Assembly (NCBI GenBank): GCA_951406725.2
Contig: OX597823.1
Span: 102,424,001 to 102,488,000, forward strand
Direction of reading: 5' to 3'
Source of the DNA: Octopus vulgaris
Taxonomy: Eukaryota
DNA: 64,000 nucleotides
A model generated the notes under the pieces. That model saw only the letters and a list, made by a program, of their open reading frames with translations, was not told the origin of the DNA and searched no databases. Both the position numbers and the translations under genes were made by a program. Positions 1 to 12,201 of this stretch are shown here, one piece after another (position 1 is the first letter of the stretch; the number at the start of each line of letters is the position of its first letter).

Positions 1-1112
1 ATACACATATTAGCAGTACTATATATTAGGTGTACCTTTGTATTTATCTTAATTTGTTTTCTATGGTATTTATCTATTTATTTATTCATTTATTTATTTA
101 TATGTAGATATATACATACATATCCATTATTTATTATTGACTTATATATATATGTATACAAGCTTTTACTTATATTTTCATTTTAATTTTAATTATTTCA
201 TCTTATTTTATTTTATTACATTTTAATTTTAAGTATAATTAATTTAATTTTTGCTATTTACTTATATACTATTTATTGGTAAGTCCTCCACTGATATTAT
301 TTAATGCTAAATCCTGTTAATTATTATATATGTATTTATGTGTCCACTGATGCTTATAAATATATATATATATAAGTACTACGAATGTTTACACGCACAT
401 CATATGTGAAAATATATGGTGTATGTGTATGTCTGTTGTTACACATGAGTATACATATGGACATGTAGATGTGAGTGTAATTCTATTAGTTCGTTGGTGA
501 GGGTTTAAATAGAAAAATATTAGTATTGTAATAACATTGGATTTATTACATAGGGATGCTATCTGTTTATGCTATAAGAAGTTATTTTGATTATATATCT
601 TAGAATATTAGCGTATTTTGACTTCTTACAATTAATCTCTTATAATTTAATTATTATAAACCGTTGTTAACTTAGTATATATATATTTTTATGTCTTTTG
701 ATAGTCAAACAGAAATGGGTATTCTATACTTTATAATTTAGCGAATGTTTGAATAAAGCATAGCGGTTAAGTTAGCGGACTTTTTAGTTATAAAATATTA
801 TGTTTACGAAAATATGGTGTCATATGAATTATGTACCTTATGAAATATTACATTCTCTATCTGGATATAATTATATGTATGTTTGCATTTACTGTTTTAT
901 GGAAATATGTGAGTGGATCTACTTAGTTAATACCACGGCCATGGTATCGTTTGGGGTGGCTTGATATCTGCATGCACGTATGTGCAATCAGTTGGGTTCC
1001 TCTGTTTTGCATGTGTATAGTTGCGATTCTACCTCTTATATTATTTATTTATTTATTTATGATTTGGCTGTCTATGTGGCTATGTATGTGTGTATGTGTG
1101 TAGGTGTGTGTG

Positions 1113-1340
1113 TGTGTATACATATAACTAGGTATGTATGTGCGCACGATCTGTGGATGTGCGTGTACGTGTGTGTATGTGTGTGGGTGTGTGTGTGTGT
1201 GTATACATATAACTAGGTATGTATGTGCGCACGATCTGTGGATGTGCGTGTACGTGTGTGTATGTGTGTGGGTGTGTGTGTGTGTGTATACATATAACTA
1301 TGTATGTATGTGCGCATGATCTGTGGATGTGCGTGTGCGT
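1113..1340. repeat. ~86-bp tandem repeat (~2.5 copies) built on GT microsatellite
   Basis: tacatataactaggtatgtatgtgcgcacgatctgtggatgtgcgtgt recurs at ~1118, ~1204 and ~1290. Confidence 0.85.
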
Positions 1341-1815
1341 ATGTATGTTTCTTGGCTAACTAACCGTAAAATTTCCATTGTGATTCAAATTTAAAACTAT
1401 AAGCCAATCGAATCTATCTATGAAAATCAATACCAAGCGGACAGATGAATTCGACTTATTGAGTATATATGTGGATGTCCGCTTGCTTTACATGGTACAA
1501 TCATGCTTGTTATTATTATTATTATTATTAATATTAATATTAATTTTATTGACTTTTTGTGTGGTTATACATTTTAATAGACTGGACTGTTAAATATATA
1601 TGCCTGCTTGAAATTTAAATGTGAGTGTACATGTATTTCCTTGATGTTGGTTATAGAACTATGAGTTCAATATGGAACATTATTGTGTTTGTTAATGTAT
1701 ATTGATATATATTGTTTATATTGTATTATTGTGTATATATATATGTGTAGAATTATGAGTGTCTATGCACACATTTTTATATTTATATGTAAATGTTTTT
1801 CATACTTACATTAAA

Positions 1816-1926
1816 TTCTCTGAAGAGGCCGTGAGACATTCTTGTTAATGTCCCATTTATACCTGCTTTATATGGCTAATAGGTTAAATGGGACATACCT
1901 GTCTTCACGGCCGAAACAGCTGTCAG
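1816..1926 (+). ncRNA. Type I hammerhead ribozyme motif with very long stem II
   Basis: CTGAAGA (1820-1826); stem II ggccgtga-gaca...tgtcccattta...taaatgggaca...tgtc-t-tcacggcc; GAAAC (1913-1917); palindromic stem III acagctgt; GTC triplet (1922-1924). Stem I is weak. Confidence 0.75.
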
Positions 1927-2112
1927 CTACAATGTAATTGTATTTTCTATTTCTATTTCTATGTCTAGTTATATTTGTAATATATTATGTATAATGTCTT
2001 TGCTGTTGTGTAATGGTTTAATAAAGTATTGATTGGGTATTATCTGATGGTTGATGATTGATTTAGGTATGTTTCTCCATTTTCTCATTTTGTATATATA
2101 TATATATATATA

Positions 2113-3899
2113 TACATGAATAAAATATGTATCTTATTAGGGAGAGAATTTGCTTAGATGAGATGCAGTTTGCTTTTGTGCCAGGTAGAAGCACCGCTGA
2201 TGCCATATTCCTGGTTCGACAACTGCTGGAGAAATACCTAGCTAAAGATAAACCCCTCTACATAGCTTTCGTGGACTTGGAGAAAGCTTTTGACAGGGTC
2301 CCCCAATCCCTTATCTGGTGGTCGATGCAGAAACTGGAGATTGACGAATGGCTAATAAGGGCTGTACAGGCCCTATACAGAGGTTAGGATTGGCAATGGG
2401 TATAGTGAAGAATTCCAGGTAGAAGTAGGTGTCCACCAAGGTTCAGCCCTCAGTCCCCTTTTATTCATCATAGTCCTCCAGGCAATAACAGAGGAATTCA
2501 AAACAGGTTGCCCCTGGGAGCTCCTCTATGCTGATGACCTGGCCCTCATAGCAGAATCACTACCGGAGCTAGAAAAGAAATTTCGGGTGTGGAAGCAAGG
2601 TTTAGAATCAAAGGGCCTTAGAGTAAATGTAGCAAAGACCAAAGTTATAGTAAGCAGAAAGGCGAACTCATCACACACCCCCTTGGACAGGTGGCCCTGC
2701 TCGATCTGTAGGAAAGGTGTAGGTAGAAACTCCATAAGATGTACCCAGTGTAAGCTATGGACACATAAGAGGTGCAGCAACATCAAAGGGAAATTAACTG
2801 ATAAGATAGCTTTCATGTGCGGCAGATGCACAGGGACAATAGACACCACAGATACTCAGAAAACAGATTCCATCACACTCCAGGGGAAGAAACTAGAAGT
2901 AGTTGATAGTTTCCACTACCTAGGTGACCAAGTTAGTAGTGGAGGTGGATGCTCAGAGAGTGTCACCACTAGAATACGAATAGCCTGGGCAAAGTTTAGA
3001 AAGCTCCTACCCCTACTGGTAACAAAGGGTCTCTCGCTCAGAGTGAAAGGTAGATTGTATGATGCATGTGTGCAAACCACACACGGTAGTGAAACATGGG
3101 CTGTGACTGCAGGGGACATACGTAGACTTGAAAGAAATGAAGCTAACATGATCCACTGGATGTGTAATGTCAGTGTGCACGCACGACAGAGTGTAAGCAC
3201 CCTGAGATAAATGCTGGACATAAGAAGCATCAGATGTGGTGTGCAAGAGCGACGCTTGCGATGTACTGCGGATGGATGAGGAGAGATGTGTGAAGAAGTG
3301 CTGCTCCTAAACAGTTGAAGGTATCAGGGGGAGAGGTAGACCCAGGAAGACATGGGATGAGATAGTCAAGCATGACCTCCGAGTGTTGGGCCTCACAGAG
3401 GCAATGACGAAGGACCAAGATCTCTGGAGATATGCTGTGACTACAAAGACCCGGGCTGCTTCCTGCACCAGTTCCACATAGCCCCAGCCCATTCAAAGTA
3501 CCTTGGATTGCAGAACGACCTGCTGTGCTTGAGAAGACCTACTGAGCATCAAAATAAATATCAAATGGAAATAGTAGTTGTGCCAGTGGCACGTAAAAAG
3601 CACCATCTGAACGTGGCCAATGCCAGCGCCGCCTTGACTGGCTTCTGTGCCGGTGGCATGTAAAAAGCACCAACCGATCGTGGCTGCTGCCAGCTTCCCC
3701 TGGCACCTGTGCCAGTGCCACGTAAAAAGTACCCACTACACTCATGGAGTGGTTGGCGTTAGGAAGGGTATCCAGCTGTAGAAACACTGCCAGATTAGAC
3801 TGGAGCCTGGTGTAGCCTCCTGGCTTCCCAGACCCCCGGTTGAACCCTCCAACCCGTGCAAGCACGGAAAATGGATGTTAAACGATGATGATGATGATA
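2113..3899 (+). mobile_element. 5'-truncated RTE-clade LINE (RT C-half + 3'UTR + (GAT)n tail), disrupted
   Basis: RT motifs QFAFVPGRSTADAIF, FVDLEKAFDRV, GVHQGSALSP, LYADDL (YADD at 2527-2538), FHYLG, HGSETW, RGRGRPRKTW. Frameshift near 2385, stop at 3208, (GAT)n at ~3883-3899. Confidence 0.92.
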
Positions 3900-4646
3900 T
3901 ATACATACATAAACACACACACACACATATATATATATATAGTACATATTTTATTCATTAATAATGTTATTGATGATGTTGCTGATGGTGTCAACAGTGA
4001 TGATGACAATGGCATCGAGGACAACAGTTTGCCTCATATCTTTCTTGAGTAGAGAAAATAAATTCCAGTCTAGTCTGGCATTGGGAGGGGTGCAATCAAT
4101 CTAGCTGTTCCTCTTCTCCAAAATGGGTGGACATTGTTGCAGTGTTAGAAACCAAATAATGATAATAATGCACAATATTTTTCCCATCTTCCCCTGCCTC
4201 GTTCATTGAAAAGTTTATGTAGGAACTGGGAAAACTATTCTCATATTAAATCCACATTAAATTTCTGTCTGTTCTCCATTCTGTCACATATTTCACAATA
4301 ACCAAACCAAACTGGGTGTTTTTTATAGTTCTTCAATGAGCTTTGTATGCTTCAGGATGGTGGGGTGTGGTTTAAAGGAGATCTGGCAGTTATGTCTAGC
4401 ATGTTGAAGGGTCACATAAAGGCTTCATTGTTGGTCTGTCCTCGCTTAGTTGTAGGGACAGCTGAGATTGTAGAAAGCCCCAATTGATACTTTTTTATGC
4501 ACTTGTCAATGCCTTATGTTTCATGGGCCTAAATCTGGTATTGATTGATAGCAGTCTAGTTTCATGCACCTTAGGCAAGTATCTTCTATTATAACCCCAG
4601 GCCAACCAAAGCCTTGTGAATGAATTTGTAAATGGAAACTAAAAGA

Positions 4647-4750
<104 letters not shown>

Positions 4751-4981
4751 TTGCATCACACGATTGTTGTAAATGAATATGACTTATTTCCAATATTCTG
4801 CAAAATATGTTCGGCCATGGGAGAAACATTACTGGGGAATCAGATAAGGGTCGGCAGCAGCAAAGGTATATGGCCATAGAAGATCTACCTCAATAAATTT
4901 TGTCAAGTTGCTAAAGTGATGATGACGATAAATAAAGATGTGATTTTTTTTTATTTAACACCTCTCTATCACTGTTCACAG

Positions 4982-5111
4982 GTTAATACAGTATAATGAT
5001 GTGACAGGCAAAGAGTCAAGGTACCCAATTGACTGTGTCCCTCCAAAGCTGGAAAAGAAGAAAAAGCTCCTTTTACTCTTTGCTCGTTACATGGATGAAT
5101 ATCTCATCAAG
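4982..5111 (+). CDS. Polo-like kinase, internal exon (end of polo box 1)
   Basis: ttcacag acceptor and aag|gtaagg donor. Translation LIQYNDVTGKESRYPIDCVPPKLEKKKKLLLLFARYMDEYLIK resembles PLK1 LQYIERDGTESYL...MKKITLLKYFRNYMSEHLLK. Confidence 0.9.
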
Positions 5112-5472
5112 GTAAGGGTCATCTTTAACCTTTATTTATCATTTGTCTTTTACTTGTTTCAGTCATTGGACTGTGGCCATTGTGAGGCACTTATTTTTAA
5201 AGTCTGGTACTTATTCTATCAGTCTCTTTTGCTGAACTGCTAAGTTATGGGGTGGGGGCGTAAACAAACCAGCATACATGCATGAAAAGCTTCCTCACAA
5301 TTTTCATCAACCAAGTTCACTCACAAGGCTTTGATCAACCCAAGGCTACAAAAGAAGACACTTGCCCAAGGTGTTGCCACACAGCTCACACTATCTTTGG
5401 TCACATAATTCTTCATGTTTCCTCAACTACTGTCAATTTTTTCAGTCACCACAAAAAAAAAAAATTCTTATA

Positions 5473-5860
5473 GGCACAACCATGGCTGTGTGGTACAAAG
5501 CTTGCTTCCCAATCTCATGGTTTCGGGTTCAACCCCTCTACGTGGCACCCTGAGCGAGTAAATGTCTTCTACTATAGCCTTAGGCTGACCAAAGTCTTGT
5601 GTGTGGATTTGGTAAATGGAAACTCAAAGAATCCCTTGTGTGTGCATGTGTGTGTTTGTCCCCCACCACTACTTGACGATCAGTGTTGGTTTGTTTACGT
5701 CCTTCTTAGTGATTTGGCAAAAGAGACCAATATGATAAGTACCAGTCTTAAAAATAAAACAGGAGTCAGTACTTGGATTGATTTGTTCAACTAAAACTCT
5801 TCAGGACAGTGCCCCAGCATGGCCACAATCCAAATGAGTGAAACAAGTAAAAGATAGAAG
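5473..5860 (+). mobile_element. tRNA-derived SINE (family A), diverged
   Basis: tggctgtgtggt A-box-like and gggttcaaccc B-box-like head; body gtcttctactatagcc...gtggatttggta; tail ccccagcatggccac...gaaacaagtaaaaga. Confidence 0.8.
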
Positions 5861-6377
5861 ACACCTCATCATTATCATAACTAATATTGCTATCTTACAC
5901 CCATTTCTCTATGATGGCATGGTGGGATGGGCAGACCTGTCCAGAACGACATCTCACCACTTGTCTCAGTCCTTCCTAGTGTAATACTCACAACTAATCT
6001 TTATTATTAAGTCGGCCGTGTATTAATTGGCATTGTCTTGACAGTTAGATGCTTTTCCTATCACCAACCACTTCACACCACCATGGTCCAGGTGTATTTT
6101 CCCTTGTCATCTGTACCTGAGAAGTTGTTCTTTCAGGACTCAAGTGTCCCTTTACACCCTCCACCCTGCTTCACTGTTTTTTCAGTGTCACTGGGGTGTG
6201 ACTGTGTGGTTAAGAAGCATGCTTCCCAACCATGTGGTCTCAGGTTCAGTCCTACTGTCCAGCACATTGTGCAAGTGTTTTCTATTATAGCTTTTGGCCA
6301 ACCAAAGCCTTGTAAGTGGGTTTGGTAGAAAAAAATTAAAAGAAACCCATCGTGTATGTATATATGTATATATGTTG

Positions 6378-6582
6378 ATTCACTAGAATCTGCACGCATT
6401 TTTTTTCTCTCCTTGTTTCTCTCCGTGTTTCTTTTCTGTGTATCTTTCTGTTGAAGAGCGTAGGCTCGAAATGTGAAAGACTTGTTTTATTTATATTCCT
6501 GAGCGCCATACTAATACAATTGTTTGTTTGTATTCCACCTGCCTTCATCTTTTGTTTATTTTCATAAAGCTTCCCGTTATAT
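6378..6582 (+). mobile_element. PLE-tail remnant carrying a degenerate minimal HHR (6443-6480)
   Basis: tcttt-CTGTTGA-a-gagc-gtag-gctc-GAAAT-gtg-aaaga; related copy on the - strand at 21432-21625. Confidence 0.6.
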
Positions 6583-7034
6583 ATGTACATACATACACAC
6601 TAATATCGAACAGTGAGAATGAGTGCTCAACCCTGCATTGATGGATAAATATTCTTTATTTGTGGGTTAACAAGGCTACCATTGGGGATGTGCCCTGTGG
6701 CAGGTTTGATAATTGCTGAGAATTCTCGATATGAAACCAAAGGTATCTTTGTTAACACACAAAACAAAGGTGTGCATGCGTATGTGTGTGTATGTACCCT
6801 TGTCTAAACATCACGAGAATTTTGAAAACAAGAGCCATCATCACACAAGTGAGGTTGTTCATTTCTAGACTTCCCTGCTTGAAAACAAGTGAGGGCTGGT
6901 GAGAGGAAAGGCATCCAGCTACAGAAAATCTGCTTCAACAAACTCTGTCTTACCCATGCAAGCACAGAAAATAGGATATTAAATAATGACAATGATTACT
7001 ATTTGATTAAAACAAATTAAATGTTGACTTTCAG

Positions 7035-7154
7035 GGAGGAGAATTCACTGATTATTCAGTGTTAACCGATTCACCAATGTCTGGCTTATATCTGAAGAAA
7101 TGGTTTCGTACTCCCAGAGCTATCCTTATGTATCTCAGCAATGGCACCCTACAA
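7035..7154 (+). CDS. Polo-like kinase, internal exon (linker + start of polo box 2)
   Basis: tttcag acceptor, caa|gtaagt donor, 120 nt, phase 0/0. GGEFTDYSVLTDSPMSGLYLKKWFRTPRAILMYLSNGTLQ resembles PLK1 [23 protein letters not shown]. Confidence 0.93.
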
Positions 7155-7638
7155 GTAAGTAATCTTGTAATTTTTCACATATTCTTTTATATATTGATAC
7201 TAGGGACAGCTGAGGTGGGTAGGGTACTGGATAACCAGCTGAGATGATAGGGTATTGGATAACTAGTTAGAATGGTAGGATACTGGATAACTAGCTGGAG
7301 TGGTAAGTTACTAGATAAGCAGCTGAGATTATAGGGTTTTGAATAACCACTGGAGAATGTGATGGTTCCTGACTTAAATAGGTCAGTCTCAGACTGAGCT
7401 AGCTTTTAATCATGGAAATCCAACAACTACCATCTTGTGTTTTCGTTTGCAACATAGTGCATCTAGGATTACTTTATCCAAAGTATCCTTCCATTTTTTG
7501 TAGTTGTTGTTGTTTTAAAGATAGTAAGTTCTATTCTAGCAGGTCTTCTGACCATGTTGTGCTCCCTCATTGATGCATATGTATCCCTTGCATATTTGGA
7601 CAGTCTACTCTCTTCCACATTCCCTATGCTACTGGTCA

Positions 7639-7719
<81 letters not shown>

Positions 7720-8658
7720 GTATATATATATATATAATATATATATATAATGACTCACACAAATTACACCTTTAATTAACATTCAGATTACTCTGTCAAA
7801 TGTAATGCTTATTTATCCTTATTATTTGGAATTAATCATGCATTATCTTTGTGATGTTAATTAGCTTTGTGATGTTAATGATGTGATTACTTAATTTTAG
7901 AATGGCATTGTAGGGTTGGTGTTGAAGGCTGGCTCTGTCTGGTTTGAACATAGAAGGGGTAGAATATTTGGGCCAGATATAATCAGTTTTAAATGTTACA
8001 GGGTTATATGAGACAGTGAAGACGTCTCTATTTGGTTGCTCAGTTTGCTTGAAAGAGCAGACAAAGTTCCTTCATATCACACCTAAGTAACTTTAAAAAA
8101 TGGAAGGACATATTGCATAATGTAGTCTTAGATTTACAGTCTGAAGAAAAAAAATACAAGAATGTTCAAGGCCAAACCACTTTTGATCATAGAATAACCT
8201 CAACCAGAATGAACTGAGGTTAAATATCAACAACAATTGACTGGCAAGTGAACTAAAGTATGTACAATTCTGTGTACTGCTCAGATATATCATGAAATAC
8301 CAGCTCTTATTAACTCTTTAGTCATCCTTCTTTACATATGCACAAAAAAAAGACATTGCTATTTTGTTTGTTTTTATTCAGAATTGTCAGGTTTCTGTCT
8401 CATGTTTTCCAAATAATATTTTTTAAAAAATCAAGAAGAATTATTGAATCCTTAAACAACACTAGTATGAACATTATACCTAAAAAATATATCATTTTGT
8501 TAGAACTCTTGTTGTCCAGGTGACATTGGACTCCAGAATATTGTCTTAACCTAAATTCAGACTATAAATAAGACTCTTTCGTCTCCTTTGCATTAAAATG
8601 TCACTCTGGTTTCCCATTACAATAAAACCCATTTTCTGGGGGTTTTTTTATTGCTTTA

Positions 8659-9027
8659 GACGTAGGAGTGGCTGTGTGGTAAGTAGCTTGCTTACCAACC
8701 ACATGGGCAAGTGTCTTCTACTATAGCCTTGGGCCGACCAAAGCCCTGTGAGTGGATTTGGTAGACGGAAACTTAAAAGAAGCCCGTCGTATATATGTAT
8801 GTGTGTGTATATGTTTGTCTGTGTTTGTCCCCCCAACATTGCTTGACAACCGATGCTGGTGTGTTTATGTCCCCATAACTTAGCGGTTCAGCAAAAGAGA
8901 CTGATAGAATAAGTACTAGGCTTACAAAGAATAAGTCCTGGGGTCGATTTGCTTGACCAAAGGTGGTGCTCCAGCATGGCCACAGTCACATGACTGAAAC
9001 AAATAAAAGAGTAAAAGAGTAAAGAGT
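8659..9027 (+). mobile_element. tRNA-derived SINE (family A)
   Basis: Closely matches the full copy at 35299-35707 with a head deletion; (aaaagagt)n tail. Confidence 0.88.
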
Positions 9028-9152
9028 AATGTCTCTGTATTGGAAGATAGAAGAGATGAGTAAGTTCTATTTGAAGGCATCTTTCACTTTATGCACCTTG
9101 TTGTAAATGTTACATGACCAAATTGATTGATTTTCGTTTTATACAGCTGAAT

Positions 9153-9422
9153 CCAGTGGTTTTCAAAGGTCCCACCACCATCACCAAAATATTAAGGAAA
9201 CTTATTCCTCTTCTCTATTTGTTAATGAGAAAACAAAACAGAGTTAGCATTCATACAAGTCTTCTTTCTTTGCCATGGTGTTGGACAAGTTTAAAAAGTT
9301 TAAAGCCATCTTAATTTTTACTAAACAGGGCAATTTTTTTACCATAATTTTGAAAATCTCTAAAGCTCTTTCTCCCCACCACCACCCGCAATGTCTCTGG
9401 TTCCTGTCTATGAGAAACACTA
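9153..9422. mobile_element. Possible hAT-type MITE
   Basis: Ends cagtggttttcaa ... tgagaaacacta resemble hAT/Charlie CAGTGTTTCTCA termini; degenerate. Confidence 0.35.
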
Positions 9423-9597
9423 GTCCAGTTAGAAGGGTGTGATTGTGAGCCTTTGCTTGACCTCTGAGACTAGTAAAACCGATGCTGAGTTTTAACCCTT
9501 TAACACAGAAACTTGTGATAACTGGCCAAAATATTCTACCTGTTTTATGTCCAAAATGACCAGTTCCAACTTCTCACTCCTACCCTACAATGTCATT

Positions 9598-9860
9598 CCG
9601 GTGGCACATAAAAAGCACCAACCGATCATGACCGCTGCCAGTCTCCCCTGGCTCCTGTGCCGGTGGCACGTAAAAAGCACCCACTACACTCATGGAGTGG
9701 TTGGCATTAGGAAGGGCATCCAGCTGTAGAAACACTGCCAGATCAGACTGGAGCCTAGTGTAGCCTCCTGGCTTCCCAGACCCTGGTCAAACCGCCCAAC
9801 TCGTGCAAGCACGGAAAACGGACATTAAATGATGATGATGATCATCATCATCATCATCAT
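9598..9860 (+). mobile_element. RTE LINE 3'UTR fragment with (GAT)n/(CAT)n tail
   Basis: Very similar to 3650-3899 (gtggcacgtaaaaagcacc...ggcatccagctgtagaaacactgccaga). Confidence 0.85.
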
Positions 9861-10984
9861 TGAAATCCCTTAGCTACAGGATTGATTCAAAACAATGTGA
9901 ATAAATAAGTTTACTTTTGAATTTCTAAAAAGTTAGATTTTGCTTGAACATTTGTAAGTCGATGGCTGTAGAGAAAACATGATAATGATGGAAATAGGTG
10001 ATGGTGGGGGGGGGGGCGATCTACTGGTAGGGGTGAGTTGGATAAAGGGGTTAGTATAGACCTAATGACAAAAGGTCAAAAGGTGAAGGCAATATGTATA
10101 AAAAAAACACACACACACACATACGTCTGCATAGAAATATACATATACACATAGAGAGAGAGACCAAGTGGGACATTACATATACATACAAACAAACTAG
10201 ATGCTCATATGCATAAATAGAAAGACAGAGGTTGGGAAAAATGAGAGAAACATCAAAATGTCTTGTGTTAAATAAGTCAGCATTGAATCAGTGATGCCAA
10301 ATAAGCAGCACCGAAATAGCTGTGCCAAAACATCGCACCCCTTCTTTGACTATAGGCAAGGGATATGAGTGTCTAATGGTACCAATCATTGTAGAGAGTT
10401 CAGAATGACAACAGATATGGTTTCTGTATGAGTAATGTTTGTGTGGTTGTTTCATGGGGACTGAGAGGGGTTGTGGATGTTAGTCATTGAGACCAGTTTG
10501 GAGAATAGAGAGAGTGGTGATGTGACATGTATTTACTGCACACTGTGAGGCAGTGGAATAACTATTGGGGGTTAGAGAAGTTTGGAGAATAGATGGATTT
10601 AGAAGGAGCCAAAGTAAGTGGAAGTTTCTCTCGAAAATATCCACATGTGAAGTGAGAAGAAAACACACTCTCCTTGGCAGTTTTCAGAGTGAAGTTGGAG
10701 TAGTATGTAACCAAGATAGCAAAGATATACTGTAGATAATGGGTGAGAGATTTGTGTCACAGAGTGGAACATGTGGCTCTCATGTTGGCAAGAGATGGTG
10801 GAATGTGGCAGGTTGGACCAAAGCTCACAAATGATTCTAAAAACAATATAGATAGTTTGTAGGAAGATTTGGCTGCTTTTTCTATCAGATTGGGCTACCA
10901 CAAAGAGGTTTCCCTCTTAGTTCATAATTAGTTTAGCCACATCTTGAGGTTTAAATCTATTCAATCTTTTATCAAATTTCGTTT

Positions 10985-11150
10985 TTGGATTTGGTTTGCA
11001 AGATTCTTTATATGAGTTTGTGTGCTGAAGCATATTCTGTTGTGTCTAGGGAGAGTCATTTTCTTTTTGTGCCTTATTATGTAACACACTCACCGGTAAA
11101 ATTTCCACTTTTTTCTTATTTTTAAATAAGAAAAAAGTGGAAATTTTGCC
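10985..11150 (+). repeat. Dispersed repeat (copy at 42262-42470) ending in a 27-bp fold-back hairpin
   Basis: ggatttggtttgcaagattcttttatatgag...cacactcacc shared with 42270-42400; inverted arms 11095-11121 and 11124-11150. Confidence 0.75.
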
Positions 11151-11233
11151 TTTTATCAAATGTTATAATGTATAACCAGTGTATAGAGATGGAAGAATTG
11201 TTTCAACTTGGTTTTTCTTTTGTTTCACTTCAG

Positions 11234-11443
11234 GTTAACGTTTTGAGTGACCACACCAAGATTATTATTAGTTGCAATCAGAACAACTATTTTGTCACTT
11301 ACATTGACAAAAGACGGCTTGCTCACACTTACAGTGTAGTTTCTATCATGAAGAACAGCTGCCAACCAGAGCTAAAGGAACGTTTGCAGTTCACTCATAA
11401 TATGTTGGAACATTTGATCAACAGTGAAGGTGAAAGCATCTGA
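11234..11443 (+). CDS. Polo-like kinase, terminal coding exon (polo box 2, stop TGA)
   Basis: cttcag acceptor, phase 0. VNVLSDHTKIIISCNQNNYFVTYIDKRR...ELKERLQFTHNMLEHL...*; the DHTK phosphopeptide pincer is conserved. PLK1 versus PLK2/3 orthology is unresolved. Confidence 0.93.
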   Translation, partial: VNVLSDHTKIIISCNQNNYFVTYIDKRRLAHTYSVVSIMKNSCQPELKERLQFTHNMLEHLINSEGESI

Positions 11444-11669
11444 TCTTGGTCATTGGTACCAATGGAAAAAATAAATTTCAAATACAGAAAGAAGATTGAA
11501 AGAGAAAAATATACAAATAGCTGAATAAATGAAACAGCAATAGGAAATTTCATTGAAATTCAGTTTAAAAGTAATTGCTTAGTTTAACAGGACTGAAAGT
11601 CAGGGATATATTATTTAAATATTTTCTATTGAATAAGAATAATAGTTAATAATTACAATAATAAAACCG

Positions 11670-11885
11670 GTCAGCTGGCAGAATCATTATGACACTGGAC
11701 ACAAATGGTTAGTGGCATTTCTTCCAGCTTTATGTTTCAGAGTTCATATTCCACCATGGTCAGCTTTGCTTTTCATCCTTTTGGGGTCAATAAAATAAGT
11801 AACAGTTAAGCACTGGGGCCATGTAATTGACTATCCTCGTCCCCAAAATTTCATGCCTTATGCATATAGTAAGTAGAAAGAAATA
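11670..11885 (+). mobile_element. SINE family B (Nin-domain-like core)
   Basis: gctggcagaatc head and ctttgcttttcatcctttt-ggggtcaataaaataagt core. Other copies at ~15295, 28800, 30233, 36178, 36408, 43490 (+) and 40260, 43915, 55850 (-). Confidence 0.75.
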
Positions 11886-12165
11886 ATAACAATTAAAACA
11901 ATAAGGTTAATGAAAGATGTATATAATGTTAGTAAATTAAATTATGTTATTTAGTCCTTAGCTTAGCGTTTCAATCTTTAACAAAAATTCATAGACATAG
12001 ATACAATGGTTCAATGACACGTTAAGCTTGCATTAGCTTGAATTTAATCATAAATGCTAATTAAGCAGGCTAAAAAAAACATTCTAAAAATTTCGCTGTA
12101 ATGCCAACTGTATGCAATCTGCAATTACAGTGTGCAAACTGTATATGATGATTGTTATTGCAAAG

Positions 12166-12201
<36 letters not shown>

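Larger units (their letters stand above)
1..2095 (+). mobile_element. Probable 3' region (pLTR-like tail) of a Penelope-like element, AT/microsatellite-rich, ending in (TA)n
   Basis: Contains an HHR motif at 1816-1926 followed by ~170 nt of tail and a (TA)n run, the same layout as the EN-bearing PLE at 24120-27355. No coding remnant seen. Confidence 0.45.

Noticed and set aside
3586-3735. Spaced repeats gtggcacgtaaaaagcacc resembling a CRISPR array (also 62770-62990 in reverse)
   Set aside because: Degenerate subrepeats of the RTE 3'UTR with mutually similar spacers; eukaryotic context, no cas genes.
6700-6750. ttgataa...gagaattctc...gaaaccaaaggta, a possible second U3:A8 HHR
   Set aside because: Base of stem II and stem I do not pair convincingly; too degenerate to call.
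10340-10930. Possible decayed PLE coding remnant on the - strand (IRHSY resembling IRHSF)
   Set aside because: Only a few residues match; no continuous motif.
11524-11529. AATAAA as the PLK polyadenylation signal
   Set aside because: Many AATAAA hexamers occur in this AT-rich region (e.g. ~11659, ~16327); cannot choose without transcript data.
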